Part shown: positions 52,251 through 64,000 of the stretch, one piece after another | Layout: the number at the start of each line of letters is the position of its first letter | Numbering within the stretch: the stretch's first letter is position 1 | Source: Chiloscyllium plagiosum | Taxonomy: Eukaryota | DNA: 64,000 bases | Reading direction: 5' to 3' | Assembly (NCBI RefSeq): GCF_004010195.1 | Contig: NC_057720.1 | Span: forward strand, 27,715,473-27,779,472 | Program-made: the position numbers and the translations under genes | The notes under the pieces: model-generated | The model's input: the letters and a program-made list of their open reading frames with translations, nothing else | Database searches by the model: none | Told to the model about the DNA's origin: nothing

Positions 52251-54439
52251 TATATTTGCTATATGATGTGTTCTGTGTGCTTGACCATTATTTGTCATTA
52301 GCCGTATTTGTTGCATGCTATGTTAGCGATGTTTTCACAGTCTGAATGTTTTTCTGTCAATAATCTTTGCGTCTTCTTCAAGTTCCACTTCTAATAAGCT
52401 AGTTAGTCATTGACTAAAGAAACCAGCCAAATTGTTTCTGTTACTTAACCAGAAGCAGTCTAAAAGTTCCATAATTGGCTATATCACATTCTGGTAAAAT
52501 TTATAATCACTGGAAGAGTGGGACTGCAAAGAAATCAGTACACCCCTCCAACCTTGGTTGTAACAATCTTCAAAGCCACATAACTGAGAGCAGGCTGGAT
52601 GGTGCAATGGTATAATGCACTGGACTAGTCGTTACAAGACCCAGAGCACATTGGTTCAAAGGCACATTTAAATTCAGTTCTTGAAATCTAGCCTCCATGA
52701 TGGTGGCTAAGAAGCTATAATCAATTATGGTAAAAACCCACTGGGTTTGCTAATGTCTATTTTAGGGAAAAAAGTTCTAACCTTATGTGGTTTAGCCTGC
52801 ATGTAACTGCATTCCAACAGCAATGTTTCTTTTTTTAAAATTCATTCACAAGTTGAGTGTTATTCCTGGCTAGGCCATCATTTATTGTCCATCTTGCAGT
52901 TAAGAGTCTGGAGTCACGTGTAGGCCAGACAAATTAAGGACAGCAGTTTCTTTCCCTAAAGGATATTAGTGAGCCACTTGGGTTTTACCAACAATTGGTA
53001 ATATATTCATGGTCATTATTAGACTCTTAATTCCAGATTTATATTGAAGCAAAATTCTACCATCTGCTGTGGTGAGGTACAAACCTGGGTTCCCAGAATA
53101 TTACCTGGGTCTGTGGCTTAATAGTCCCATGTAAATGCCACTCGGTCATTTACTTCCCCAATGAATGTGATTCATTGTTAACTGCTCTCTGAAATGGCAG
53201 ACGTACTATTCAGTTCAAGAGCAGTTAAGAATAAGCAACAAGTGCTAGCCTTGAAAAAGGCCAGAGCTTAAGCTGAATTTGGGTCAACTTCTTCTGGACA
53301 GTAACAGATGTATGCCATTTTTCTGAGCCATAGATGTTTATTGTCTTCCCATTTCAATTTCTAAAAATATCTGCTGTGGGTCCTATACAAGTATTCTTCC
53401 GCAGTCCCCTATCAATTTAAGAAGGGAAGACTCCTGACTGATCGTTGTGCACTTCCTTGTATAGCTAAATATACTCATCCTTGCTTTTCCATAATTTGTA
53501 TTTTTTAACTATCACAGTTTTTCTTCTATTGCATACAGTCTGTACAACATTGTATTGCATCAATTACTCATTCGCCTTTTTGAAGGCAGTAATGTCTTTC
53601 TGACTGCATGAAATTTTTTTTTTTAAAACAATAGAGCTCAGCCCTTTGATAATTCATTGGGGTGATGTCCTCTTCAGTTATAATATTTTAAGACTTTATT
53701 TTGGCAGAATCTATTAATGTTCAACATTATTCATGGGTAAACTATATAGCAACTTCAGCACTGGAGCAGATTGTGCAGTTAAATATGTATATTCAGTTGT
53801 TGTTTGCCCAAGTTGCAAGTCTGCACTGTCAGCTTTGCAAAAGCAACTCAACTTTAATTTTTTTTTAAAGAAAATAATTTCCTTAATTAGCAGCTTAATT
53901 TCCTTAATTAAGCAGCTCAACTTTAATATTTTTTTTAAGGAAAATAATTTCCAACAGTGTGGTGGAGACAGTTTTGAATTGTGGCTTTCAAAGGTGAATT
54001 TGAGTACCAAAGGTGGCTACATTTGTAGGGCCATGGGGAAGAGTTGGGGAGAAAGGCAAAAAAAATGAGGACATCAGCTTCATGAACTTCTGTGTTGTAG
54101 TTGTGTGTTAGGAATCATAATTGTTTCATCTGTCCATTTATAATTCACCTCTAAGTATGGTTATTACAAGCATGTCCTCTGACATCAAAATTTAACTCTT
54201 GTGAGTGTTACTCCTTGAGAAGATTTGAAATATAACAATTCGATCCTTTCTTTTTTTATCCTCTTTCCCTCAGTCTCTTAATTCATTTTTTCTTCACATT
54301 CTTACTCCTGCACATAATGGATATTGAATTTATCATCTTTAATTCACCACCTTTTCAAAGATCACTCACTTCTGATTCTTCTAAACTCCAAAAGATATCG
54401 GCCTAACTGCATTCACCTTTTTGTCATTGTAACCCCAAA

Positions 54440-56800
54440 TTCTAATAGTAATTTTGGAGAAGGCATTAAAAAGGAAATTACAGATGCAAGTAATAAAGGT
54501 ATGTCTATAATTATGGATGACTTCAATCTGCATATAGATTGACTAAATCAAATTTAGTTGCATTACTGTAGAGGAGGAATTCTTGGAGTATATAAGGTAA
54601 AGTTTATGAATCAATATTTTGAGGAGCCAACAGTAGAAAAGGCCATCTTTGTTTTGGTTATTGTGTAAAAGGGAATGAATGGTTGACAATCTAGTTGTAC
54701 GTGGCATCTTGGAAAAGTGACCACAACAGGATAGAATTCTTCATTAAAATGGAGAGTGACATTTCTGAGACTAGAGTCTTGAAGTTAAATAAAGGAAGTT
54801 ACAATGGATGAGATGTGAGCTAGCTATGATAAATTGGGTATCGTTATTTAAGAGGATGACTGTTGCTTGGTAATGGCCGCATTTCAAGAGTGCATGGGCA
54901 AATGTCAAAAATCCTCCCAGACTGGTGTAAATATGAAACAGGAAATGTGGTCAAACTCTGGCTCACAAGGGAAATTATGGATTGTATTGAGTCCAGGATA
55001 GAGGCATATAAATTAGCCAAACAAAAACTTGAGGATTGAGAACAGTTTAGATTCCAGCAATGTGAAACAGAGACTAATTTAAGAGGGGGAAAGTAGAGAA
55101 TGAAAGTAAGCTTGCAGGGAACATGAAAATCAGTAGCAAACGTTTCTGTAGGCTTGTGATGAAAAAATGATTAATTGAGATGAATATAGAAATTTATAAT
55201 GGGAGATCAAAAAGATGGGAAATTAAATATACACTTTTTTTTAGTTCCATCTTCACAAAGGAAGGCAATAACTCTTCCAAAAAAAAAGTGGAGGTTTTTG
55301 GAGGGAGTAGGTAGTGGGCAGGACAGGTTCTCTTCTCCAAAATTCCCCACCCCCTTTATTTGCAGCTCCTGTTACACCCACCCGCAGTCTTGAAGAGAAG
55401 GGTTACAAACGAAATATTGACGACTCCACCTCCTAATACTGCCTGGCTTGCTGTGTTCTTCCACCTTCTGCTTGTCGTCTTATAAAAGATTTTTTTACAG
55501 ATTAGATTACAGATTACATTACAGATTACATTACAGTGTGGAAACAGGCCCTTCGGCCCAACAAGTCCAACCGAAATATTGACGACTCCACCTCCTAATA
55601 CTGCCTGGCTTGCTGTGTTCTTCCACCTTCTGCTTGTCGTCTTATAAAAGATATTCCAGAGCACCTGGAAGATAGGACAGTCAGCATGGACTTCTGAAAG
55701 GGAAGTCATGCTTGACAAATCTGCAATTTTTTTGAGGGCATAACTAGAGTGTGTAAGGATAAGCTAGTGAATATGGTTTACTTTATTTTCAGAAGGCTTT
55801 CAATAAGATTCCACATAACAGATTAGCAGGCAACATTAAAGCACATGGGATTAGAGTTCATAGACTTAAGTGGATTGAGAACTGACACAAATTGCTGGAA
55901 AAACTGAGCAGGTCTGATAGTATCTGTGGAGAGAAGGCAGAATTATTATTTCAGGTCCAGTGACCCTCTTCAGAACTGGACCACAAAATGTGTTTTCCCT
56001 CCACAAATACTGCTGGGCATGCTGAGTTTTTCCAGCAATTTCTGTTCATGATTTGCAGTTCTTTGGTTTGTTTTGTTCAGATTGAGAACTGGTTCACAGA
56101 CAGGAAGCAAGAGTAGGAATAGATGTCTTTATCCAAGTGGCAAGCAGTGATGAGTGGGTCCTGCATTGATCAGGGCTTGACCTCCAGCTTTTTAAGTTCG
56201 CAGATGAAACAAAGCTATGAGGAGGATGATTGTGATTTGGACAAGTTCAGTGAGCGAGCAAATACTTGACAAACAGGCAGGCAGATTATTATCTATGTGG
56301 CAGTAGCTTGGGATACAATGAGATCTTGGTGTCCTTTATACCAGTTGCTGAAAGTAAACATATAGGTGCAGCAGGCAGTGGGGAAGGCACATGTTATGCT
56401 GGCCTGCACAGCAAGAGGATTTGAGTACAAAAGCAAGGATACCTTGCATAGAGCCTGGTAAGACCACACCTGGAGTATTGTTGCAGTTTTGGTCTCCTTA
56501 TCTGAAGAAGGATATTCTTGCAACAAAGGTTTACCAGACTAATCCCTGGGATGGCAGGATTGACGGACAGGGGGAGACTGACTCGATTAGAACTATATGC
56601 GCTGAAGTATAGAAAAATTAACCTATAAATTCTACCAGGAATAGACAGGGTAAATGCAGAAAGGGTGTTCTCAATTAATGGGGAGTCTTAAACAAAAGGT
56701 CACATTTTAAGGATGAGGGCCATGCCTTTTGGGATATGGATGAGGTAAAGTTACTTCACCCAGAGGGAGGTGAGTTTATGGAATTCACTGTTGAAGTCGA
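54440..56800 (+). mobile_element. Old CR1 LINE ORF2 remnant with nested insertions
   Basis: IIMDDFNLHID, QHGLLKGKSCLTNL, FQKAFNKIPH, KFADETK-like remnants. Confidence 0.7.
55410..55652. repeat. 81-bp exact direct duplication flanking an 81-bp SINE/LINE tail
   Basis: 55410-55490 = 55572-55652. Confidence 0.92.
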
Positions 56801-56809
56801 AACATTGAT

Positions 56810-58050
56810 TCCAATGATCCAAAAATGTGAGCCCTTCTCCCTCGCACCAGCTCCTCAGCCGCATATTCATCTCCTCTGTCCTCCTATTCCTACCCTCCCT
56901 AGCTCGTAGCACCAGAAGTATTCCAGATATGACTACCCTGAAGGATCTCCTTCCTTTCCATTTTTCGATATTCTCCCTTCAGAATCTTTATCCTTTTCTC
57001 TTCCTAAGCCATTGGTTCCAATATATATAATGACCTCCTGATGGTTCCTTTCCCCCTTGAGAACATTCTGCAACCTCTCTTGAGAGATCCTTAATCCTGG
57101 CACCAGGGAGGCAATACATCATTGAATTCTCGCTGCTGGCCGCAGAAACATCTATCTGTGCTTCTGATTAGAGAGTTTCAATCACAATTAATTGCTTGGA
57201 ACCCGACGTACCTCATTACGTTAAAGCCTGTCTCAATACCAGAAAGCTTAGCTGTTTGTACTGTATTTCCCCTGAGAGTCCATCACCTCCTACATTTTCC
57301 AAAGCAGCATATTTGTTTGAAATGGGCATAGCAAAAGGAGAGTCCTGCACTACTTGCCTACCATTCCTACCATTCCTGGAGTTAACCCATCTACCTGACT
57401 GTATCTGTGGCTTTTCTCCCTTCCTATAACTTACATCCATCACATTCCTCCCCTCTCCAGCTCTCTTAACTTCCACATTGCCTCTAACTGACGTTACAAC
57501 TGATCGATGTGATCTGATCGGATTCACAACCAAAGACACTTTCTGCAGACATCATCATTAGTAGCACTGGAACTCTCCCTAAACTCCCAAATTTGACAGG
57601 AAGAACTTGCTCTAGAAAACGGTGCTGTCCAGGCTAACTTAGTACTCATGGTTTATATTTTAAAAATTCTACTCGAGAGACAGAGATTTCAATGAAACAC
57701 ATAATCAAGAAAGAACCCACTACTCACTGCTGTGGACTTACAGCAAGGTTACACATTTAAAAACTATGCACTTATCTGTTTCTGTGCTGTGAGCTTGCCC
57801 ACACAGGTTCCTCCAAGGTCACCAGTGAGTTTCGCTGTTTGTTTATTTTTCCTAGACACACTCCATTGTCCAGAGATACATGAACTACAAACAGCAAAGA
57901 CAGTAACTGTGCTAACTGACACGGCAGTGAATCTGCAGTTTTGCTTTTTTTTCTCTCTCTCCCTCACTGACCATGTGCTTGCTCCCTTTTGTTTGTCTTT
58001 CTCCCTTTTAAAAGTGCTGTTGTTTTGACTTTTTTTTCCCCAAAATTCCA
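56810..58050 (-). mobile_element. CR1 LINE 5' UTR/ORF1 remnant
   Basis: GRWVNSRNGR..QVVQDSPFAMPISNKYAALENVGGD; CCLPGARIKDL-like esterase segment on minus. Confidence 0.7.
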
Positions 58051-58194
58051 AAACAATGCAACAGCATATAAAACAGTAATTGGTGCTCCTGGAATTCGAG
58101 GAAATCTCCTCAAACACCTAAAAATGCCTCAAAAAAGAAGCAACTCTTACAGCCATAATTCTTTTCCCATCCTCCATCTTGGATTCCCCAGCTT

Positions 58195-58945
58195 ATGCAG
58201 TTAATGGTAGAGCCCTGGGGCGTATTGTTAAACAAAGAGATCTAGGGGTGCAGCTGAATGGTTCCTTGGAAGTGAAGTTGCAGGTAGACAGGATGGTGAA
58301 GAAGGCGTTTGCTACGTTAGCCTTCATTGGTCAGAACATTGCATAGAAGTTGGGATGTCATGTTGCAGCTGTATAGGACATTGGTGAGGCCTCCTTTAGA
58401 ATGCTATGTACAATTCTGGTCACCTTTCTATAGAAAGGATGCTGTTAAGTTTAACAGTTACAGAAAAGATTTTACAAGGATGTTCCTGGGACTGAAGAGT
58501 TGAGTTATAGAGAGAGCCTGAATAGGCTGGGGCTTTTCTTCCCTGCAGTGTCAGAGGCTGAGGAATTCCCTTATAGAGGTTTATAAAATCATGAGGGGCA
58601 TGGATAGGATAAATAGCCACGGTCTTTTTCCAAGGGTAGGGGAGTCCAAAACCAGAAGGTTTCAGTTTAAGGTGAGAGGAAAAATATTTGAAAAGGATCT
58701 GTGGGTTAAGTTTTTTTCTGCAGAGGGTGGAGTTTATATGGAACAAGCTGCCAAGGAAGTAGTGGAGGCTGGTACAATTACAACATTTAAAAGGTACCTG
58801 GATGGGTTTATGAATAGGAACAGTTTAGAGGGATATGGGCCAAATGCTGGCAAATAGGGAAAGGTCAGATTGGGATGGCTGGTTACTGCAGATGAATTGG
58901 ATCGAAGGGTCTGGTCCATGCTATGGGACTGTTACAATTCTATAA
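58195..58945 (+). mobile_element. CR1 LINE 3' fragment
   Basis: MRGMDRINSHGLFPRVGESKTR...; 3' UTR. Confidence 0.88.
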
Positions 58946-59051
58946 TGTTAATGTGGCATTCAAAGCAGCTTCATGTGTTTTAAATATTTTATATTCAGAA
59001 TGAATGAATAATATCAATGTTCTTAAAAGATTATGATTTCACTTTCCACAG

Positions 59052-59222
59052 CGTGCCAAATTAGCTTTGAATGACATTGAAATTGGGCAAAAAGTCATCT
59101 CAAAGCACAAGAATGGACGTTTTTATCAGTGTGAGGTGGTAGGATTGACTAAAGAAACATTCTATGAAGTGAATTTTGATGATGGATCCTTCAGTGACAA
59201 CTTGTATCCAGAAGATATTGTG
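59052..59222 (+). CDS. KDM4A: KDM4A coding exon 18 (Tudor)
   Basis: [29 protein letters not shown]...[17 protein letters not shown]; tccacAG / GTAGGT. Confidence 0.96.
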
Positions 59223-59443
59223 GTAGGTGAAATTCTTGCTTTCATGATGTGTGTATCGGAAAGAGTTTTTTTTAATGTAAAAGATTTTAATCTGCTGTTT
59301 GCATAATTCTCAAATCTTCACAAAAATGAATCTGCATCTTGATTGGTTACTGAAAATTTGCCTGATGTCTTAGAATAAATATTGGGAATTTTGAGTTTGG
59401 TCGTAATCAGGTTTATGTGGTGCTTTCATCCACCTTTGTGTTT

Positions 59444-59672
59444 TTAGATTAGATTCCCTACAGTATAAAACGGACCATTTGGCCCAACAAGTCCACACTG
59501 ACCCTCTGAAGAGTAACCCACCCAGACCCATTCCCTACCCTATATTTACCTGACTAATGCACCTAACATGATGGGCAATTTATCCTGACCAATTCACCTG
59601 ACCTGCACATCTTTGGATTGTGGGAGGAAACCAGAGCACCCAGAAGAAACCCACGCAGACACTGGGAGAATG
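59444..59672 (-). mobile_element. HE1-like SINE, 5'-truncated
   Basis: Body and tail only. Confidence 0.82.
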
Positions 59673-60004
59673 TTATTATCATGGAAATGCTACATTAATA
59701 ACCTATCCACTGTACCTGCTTAATATATATGGGGGTGGTCTTTCCCAATTTTCGTTAGCAAAAATTAACATGATAATTGTGATTTTCTTTTTAAGTTGTG
59801 CTATTTTTTCCAAGCCCTTAATGATGCCTTTATGTAGCAATGCCATTGAAATTAAGGCAATTTCATGTTTTCCCACTGAAGAGTACCTTGAAATAAACGT
59901 TGCTTTATAATATTACTTTTTTAAATTTACATTGTTCTAACGCTGAACCTGGACAGCTCTACTCTAATAGAAATCTAATTCTCGAATTTGCTGCTGATTT
60001 TCAG

Positions 60005-60124
60005 AGCCGGGACTGCCTTAGCTTGGGACCCCCTGCAGGGGGAGAGGTTGTACAAGTGCGATGGACCGATGGGCTGGTTTATGGTGCCCAATTTGTAGCA
60101 TCACATGTTATACAACTCTATCAG
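60005..60124 (+). CDS. KDM4A: KDM4A coding exon 19 (Tudor)
   Basis: SRDCLSLGPPAGGEVVQVRWTDGLVYGAQFVASHVIQLYQ; ttttcAG / GTATGA. Confidence 0.96.
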
Positions 60125-60176
60125 GTATGAAATTAGGCACTAGTGTATTGTGCATACAATAATAAGCCTGAAGTAT

Positions 60177-60832
60177 TATCCGCCGACATTTCCGCCACCT
60201 CCAAACAGACCCCACCACCAGGGATATATTTCCCTCCCCACCCCTTTCCGCCTTCCGCAAAGACCGTTCCCTCCGTGACTATCTGGTCAGGTCCACGCCC
60301 CCCCCTACAACCCACCCTCCCATCCTGGCACTTTCCCCTGCCACCGCAGGAACTGNNNNNNNNNNNNNNNNNNNNNNNNNNNNNNNNNNNNNNNNNNNNN
60401 NNNNNNNNNNNNNNNNNNNNNNNNNNNNNNNNNNNNNNNNNNNNNNNNNNNNNNNNNNNNNNNNNNNNNNNNNNNNNNNNNNNNNNNNNNNNNNNNNNNN
60501 NNNNNNNNNNNNNNNNNNNNNNNNNNNNNNNNNNNNNNNNNNNNNNNNNNNNNNNNNNNNNNNNNNNNNNNNNNNNNNNNNNNNNNNNNNNNNNNNNNNN
60601 NNNNNNNNNNNNNNNNNNNNNNNNNNNNNNNNNNNNNNNNNNNNNNNNNNNNNNNNNNNNNNNNNNNNCTATGCTACTTTCTCCCCACCCCCACCCTCCT
60701 CTAGCTTATCTCTCCACACTCCAGGCTCACTGCCTTTATTCCTGATGAAGGGCTTTTGCCCAAAACGTCGATTTCGAAGCTCCTTGGATGCTGCCTGAAC
60801 TCCTGTGCTCTTCCAGCACCACTAATCCAGAA
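60177..60832 (+). mobile_element. PLE (Neptune-like) 3' fragment spanning an N gap
   Basis: IRRHFRHLQTDPTTRDIFPSPPLSAFRKDRSLRDYLVRS...GTFPCHRRNC (Cys linker preceding GIY-YIG); terminus with hammerhead at 60738-60773 (GAAA>AAAA); short direct repeat TGAAGTAT at both ends. Confidence 0.78.
60356..60668. other. Assembly gap (N run)
   Basis: 313 N. Confidence 0.99.
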
Positions 60833-62338
60833 TGAAGTATCAATATGTCTATTTGTGTTAAAGCCTTGGTGCTAGGGATAGTTATTGTGGAATGCTTGGT
60901 GTCTCATCCAAACTAATCATTTGGATCAGAAGTAAACTGCATAACTGAATTTGGGTTAATCATTTGAGTAGTTGATGTGCAACCAGGATATTGTCTGCAT
61001 GTATTGGGATGCTGACAGACAGAAACTATTTTCTCCCCTTGGCAATTCAATATTATTAAATACTTGTCAAACTAATGCGCTATAAGTTCCTCCTACATGG
61101 TACGCCTCCTTAAAGGAATTGTTCAGTGATTTAAATCTACTTATGTAAGACTGACATGGGACGCTGAATTTCTGATTACAGAGAATGGGTTGTGGTCAAA
61201 ACAGGTTTTCTCAACTTCTGTTTCTAATCCCTTGGCCCTTGATGCATACACTCGGCACATGCATAAATACATCTCATATAAAGCAAGTATTCAGAACTGA
61301 AAGTATGTTTTATATATGTGTGGCTTTCCATATGAAGAAGATATAGTAGAATTATCATTAGACTATTAATCCAGAGATTCAGATAATATTCTGTGCGCCC
61401 AGATTCGGATCCTGTCATGGCAGATGGAACTTGAATTCAATTAAAAAAAGTCTGGAATTACAAGTCTAATGATGACCATGAAACTGTTCTCGATTGACCA
61501 AAAACCCATCTGGTTCACTAATGTCCTTTTTAGGGAAGGAAACTGCTGTTCCTACTTGGTCTGGCTGCATGAGACTCGAGACCGACAGCAATGTGGTTGA
61601 CTCTTAACTGCCCTCAGGCAATTAGGGGTTAACCATAAATGCTGGCCTGGTCAGCAACACCTCCATGCTGTAACTGTTTAAATAATCTCTCTGTTTTTGC
61701 ACATGAATTGCAGGAAGTTAAAATTCGGGTGTAACAACAACTAGGAAAAGCTTTATGACAAAGAGATGGCAGTGTAAGAGTGAAGACGTTTTGCTGTAAT
61801 TGCATAAGGTCTTGGCAAAATTATACCTGGAGTACTACAGAGTTTTGGTTTCTACCCAAGGAAGAATATAGTGGCTTTAGAAGAAGTTCACCAACAATTT
61901 ATTAGGTGGATTCCTGGGACTCAAGGATGAGAAATTATGTTGCTCAAGTCTTAATCCCTCAAATGCTGAAAAGAAGTGATTTAATTGAAACTTAGAAATT
62001 TTGCAGTAGGCTTGGCAGGTATTGAGAGGATGTGCCTGCAGGCAATAGAGCCTAGTACTAGGGGATCACAGTCTCTGAATGAGGTTTTGGTGATTTTAAA
62101 GAGTTGTAAATCTTTGCTGTTGTCTACCCCAGTGTCATGAAATATACTTTTAGATGCAAAGTGAATTGAGATACTGTTGGAAAGAATAGCATGATCATTT
62201 TGAGTTGCTATCTGGACCAGGTGGACGCCTCCTTCAATGTAGTTGTTTTATCTGTTCATTCCTGAGTTTAAAGTTTTTAAATGGTTTGACATATCACTTC
62301 CCAGTGCACACCTGACTCTGCTTTGCTTTTCCATTTAG

Positions 62339-62431
62339 GTTGAATTTGAAGATGCATCCCAACTAATGGTGAAGAGAGAGGATGTATACACTCTTAATGA
62401 GGAACTACCCAAAAAAGTAAAGTCCAGGCTG
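62339..62431 (+). CDS. KDM4A: KDM4A coding exon 20 (Tudor end)
   Basis: [31 protein letters not shown]; catttAG / GTTAGT. Confidence 0.96.
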
Positions 62432-63315
62432 GTTAGTATTTCATTATTCTATTATTACATGCCATCTGCCGAAGTACACCTTGTACAGTTCTGGATCCTG
62501 CTCAATTTATTCCCGTGAAAAGAAATGAATAACTGTTTAAGGTTTTTCCATTAGCAATGGTGAAAGGTTCCACCATGTCCGTTATAAATTTTTAAAAACG
62601 TTTGTCTGCACTTTGTAATGTTCAATCGGATTGATTCCATTTGCAAATTTTTTTTTGTTTTAACCTAATCAAATGTGTAGCAGTGCAAAATAATAACTGC
62701 TTGAAACTTAGTTAAAACATTGAGTATTTTTACGGAGGAGATCATGAGCTTTGACTTGTACTATGCATTCATGGCTTTCACTAAATTTTCAGGATCACTT
62801 CTTCTTTCAACTAGAATCAAATTTCAGCCATTTGACATGGATATTAAACTTGAAATAATTTGTGATGGAGGCGTTAGATGGCATGAAATATTATAAAGGA
62901 GGAAATAGTAGAAAGTAATTTATGCTCAGCAAGGCCTCTGATGTGATGAGATGATTTTGTTCTTGATGTTGGTCAAGGGCTAAATGGATATGTGGAGTTC
63001 CTTGTTTTTCTGATATACACCCAACTGACATTGGGTGCTTTGGTAATTTTTTTTCAAGCTATTTGTGGAACCCTGCTTTTGTCAAAATTGGCTGCCACAT
63101 TTTACATCTTTGTTGTACTTCAGAAACAGAGTGTGGCACAATTTGAATTGTTCTAGTGTTACATAGGATGCTGTGTAACCAAGCACAGGGAATTCTCTCA
63201 GCAAATCTTGACAGCATCTGTGGACAAGAAAACAGTTAACATTTCAAGTCCAGTGTGACTCTTCAGAACTGGTAGTTCAGTTTCTTCAAATTGAGAACTC
63301 TTTCGCTCTCCACAG

Positions 63316-63700
63316 ATGAGGGGTGACCTTATAGAGGTTTACAAAATTATGAGGGGCATGGGTAGGGTAAATAGGCAAAGTCTTTTCCCTGGGGTCAGGG
63401 AGTCCAGAACTAGAGGGCATAGGTTTAGGGTGAGAGGGGAAAGATATAAAAGAGACCTACGGGGCAACCTTATCACGCAGAGTGTGGTACGTGTATGGAA
63501 TGAGCTGCCAGAGGATGTGATGTAGGCTGGTACAATTGCAACATTTAAGAGGCATTTGGATGGGTATATGAATAGGAAGGGTTTGTAGGGATATGGGCCG
63601 GGTGCTAGCAGGTGGGACTAGATTGGGGTTGGGATATCTGGTCGGCATGGACAGGTTGGACCTAAGGGTCTGTTTCCATGCTGTACATCTCTATGACTGA
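63316..63700 (+). mobile_element. CR1 LINE 3' end, nested in a fold-back repeat
   Basis: RGDLIEVYKIMRG...WNELPEDV and 3' UTR; host repeat CTCTCCACAGATG / AGATGCTGCCAGA is split around it. Confidence 0.88.
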
Positions 63701-64000
63701 GATGCTGCCAGATAAGTTACATTTCTCCAGCATCTACAATATTTTGCCTTTATTAAAATCCGCATACTTGGGAGTGGAACATCTTGGCTGATTTGATTGT
63801 AACCTCAGATTTGCATTTCAGCTACCCTGAACGATTATCAGTGTACTTCATGAATATTCAAGGTCTCTACTTCCATTGTCTTTTCAGGAAGATAGTTCTA
63901 AAGTCACTCACCCTTCTGAGAAATTTGTCTTGTCTGTATTATATGGGCAACTCTTATTTTAAATAGTTATCATTAGTTGCAAGAAGAAACATTTTTCTAA

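Noticed and set aside
50745..52565. Possible second solo LTR ending TGTAACA, interrupted by CR1 and fold-back pieces
   Set aside because: No convincing 5' TG terminus or TSD could be identified by eye.
53840..53952. Local ~45-bp AT-rich duplication
   Set aside because: Looks like ordinary slippage with no functional signal.

Overview
This is eukaryotic DNA from a cartilaginous fish, probably a shark (inferred from HE1-type tRNA-derived SINEs and CR1 LINEs). It holds the CpG-rich promoter and 20 consecutive coding exons of the JmjC histone demethylase gene KDM4A on the + strand. The exons run from ATG 4051 to 62431 (3051 nt, 1017 codons). All introns are GT-AG and phase-compatible, and the last exon lies beyond the window. 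Introns are packed with CR1-group LINEs, HE1-like SINEs, two TIR MITEs, a solo LTR and several Penelope-like element (PLE) families. The most notable unannotated signal is a set of minimal type-I hammerhead ribozyme motifs (CUGANGA-stem II-GAAA-palindrome-UH) carried by at least four repeat families, including short fold-back non-autonomous insertions with ~13-bp TSDs. The three intact cores lie upstream of the promoter. Every intronic copy I found is mutated, mostly by CpG transitions. Also noted: eight CCAAT boxes at 28-bp spacing, candidate recursive splice sites, and an 81-bp perfect duplication around a truncated retro-insertion. Two assembly gaps are present.
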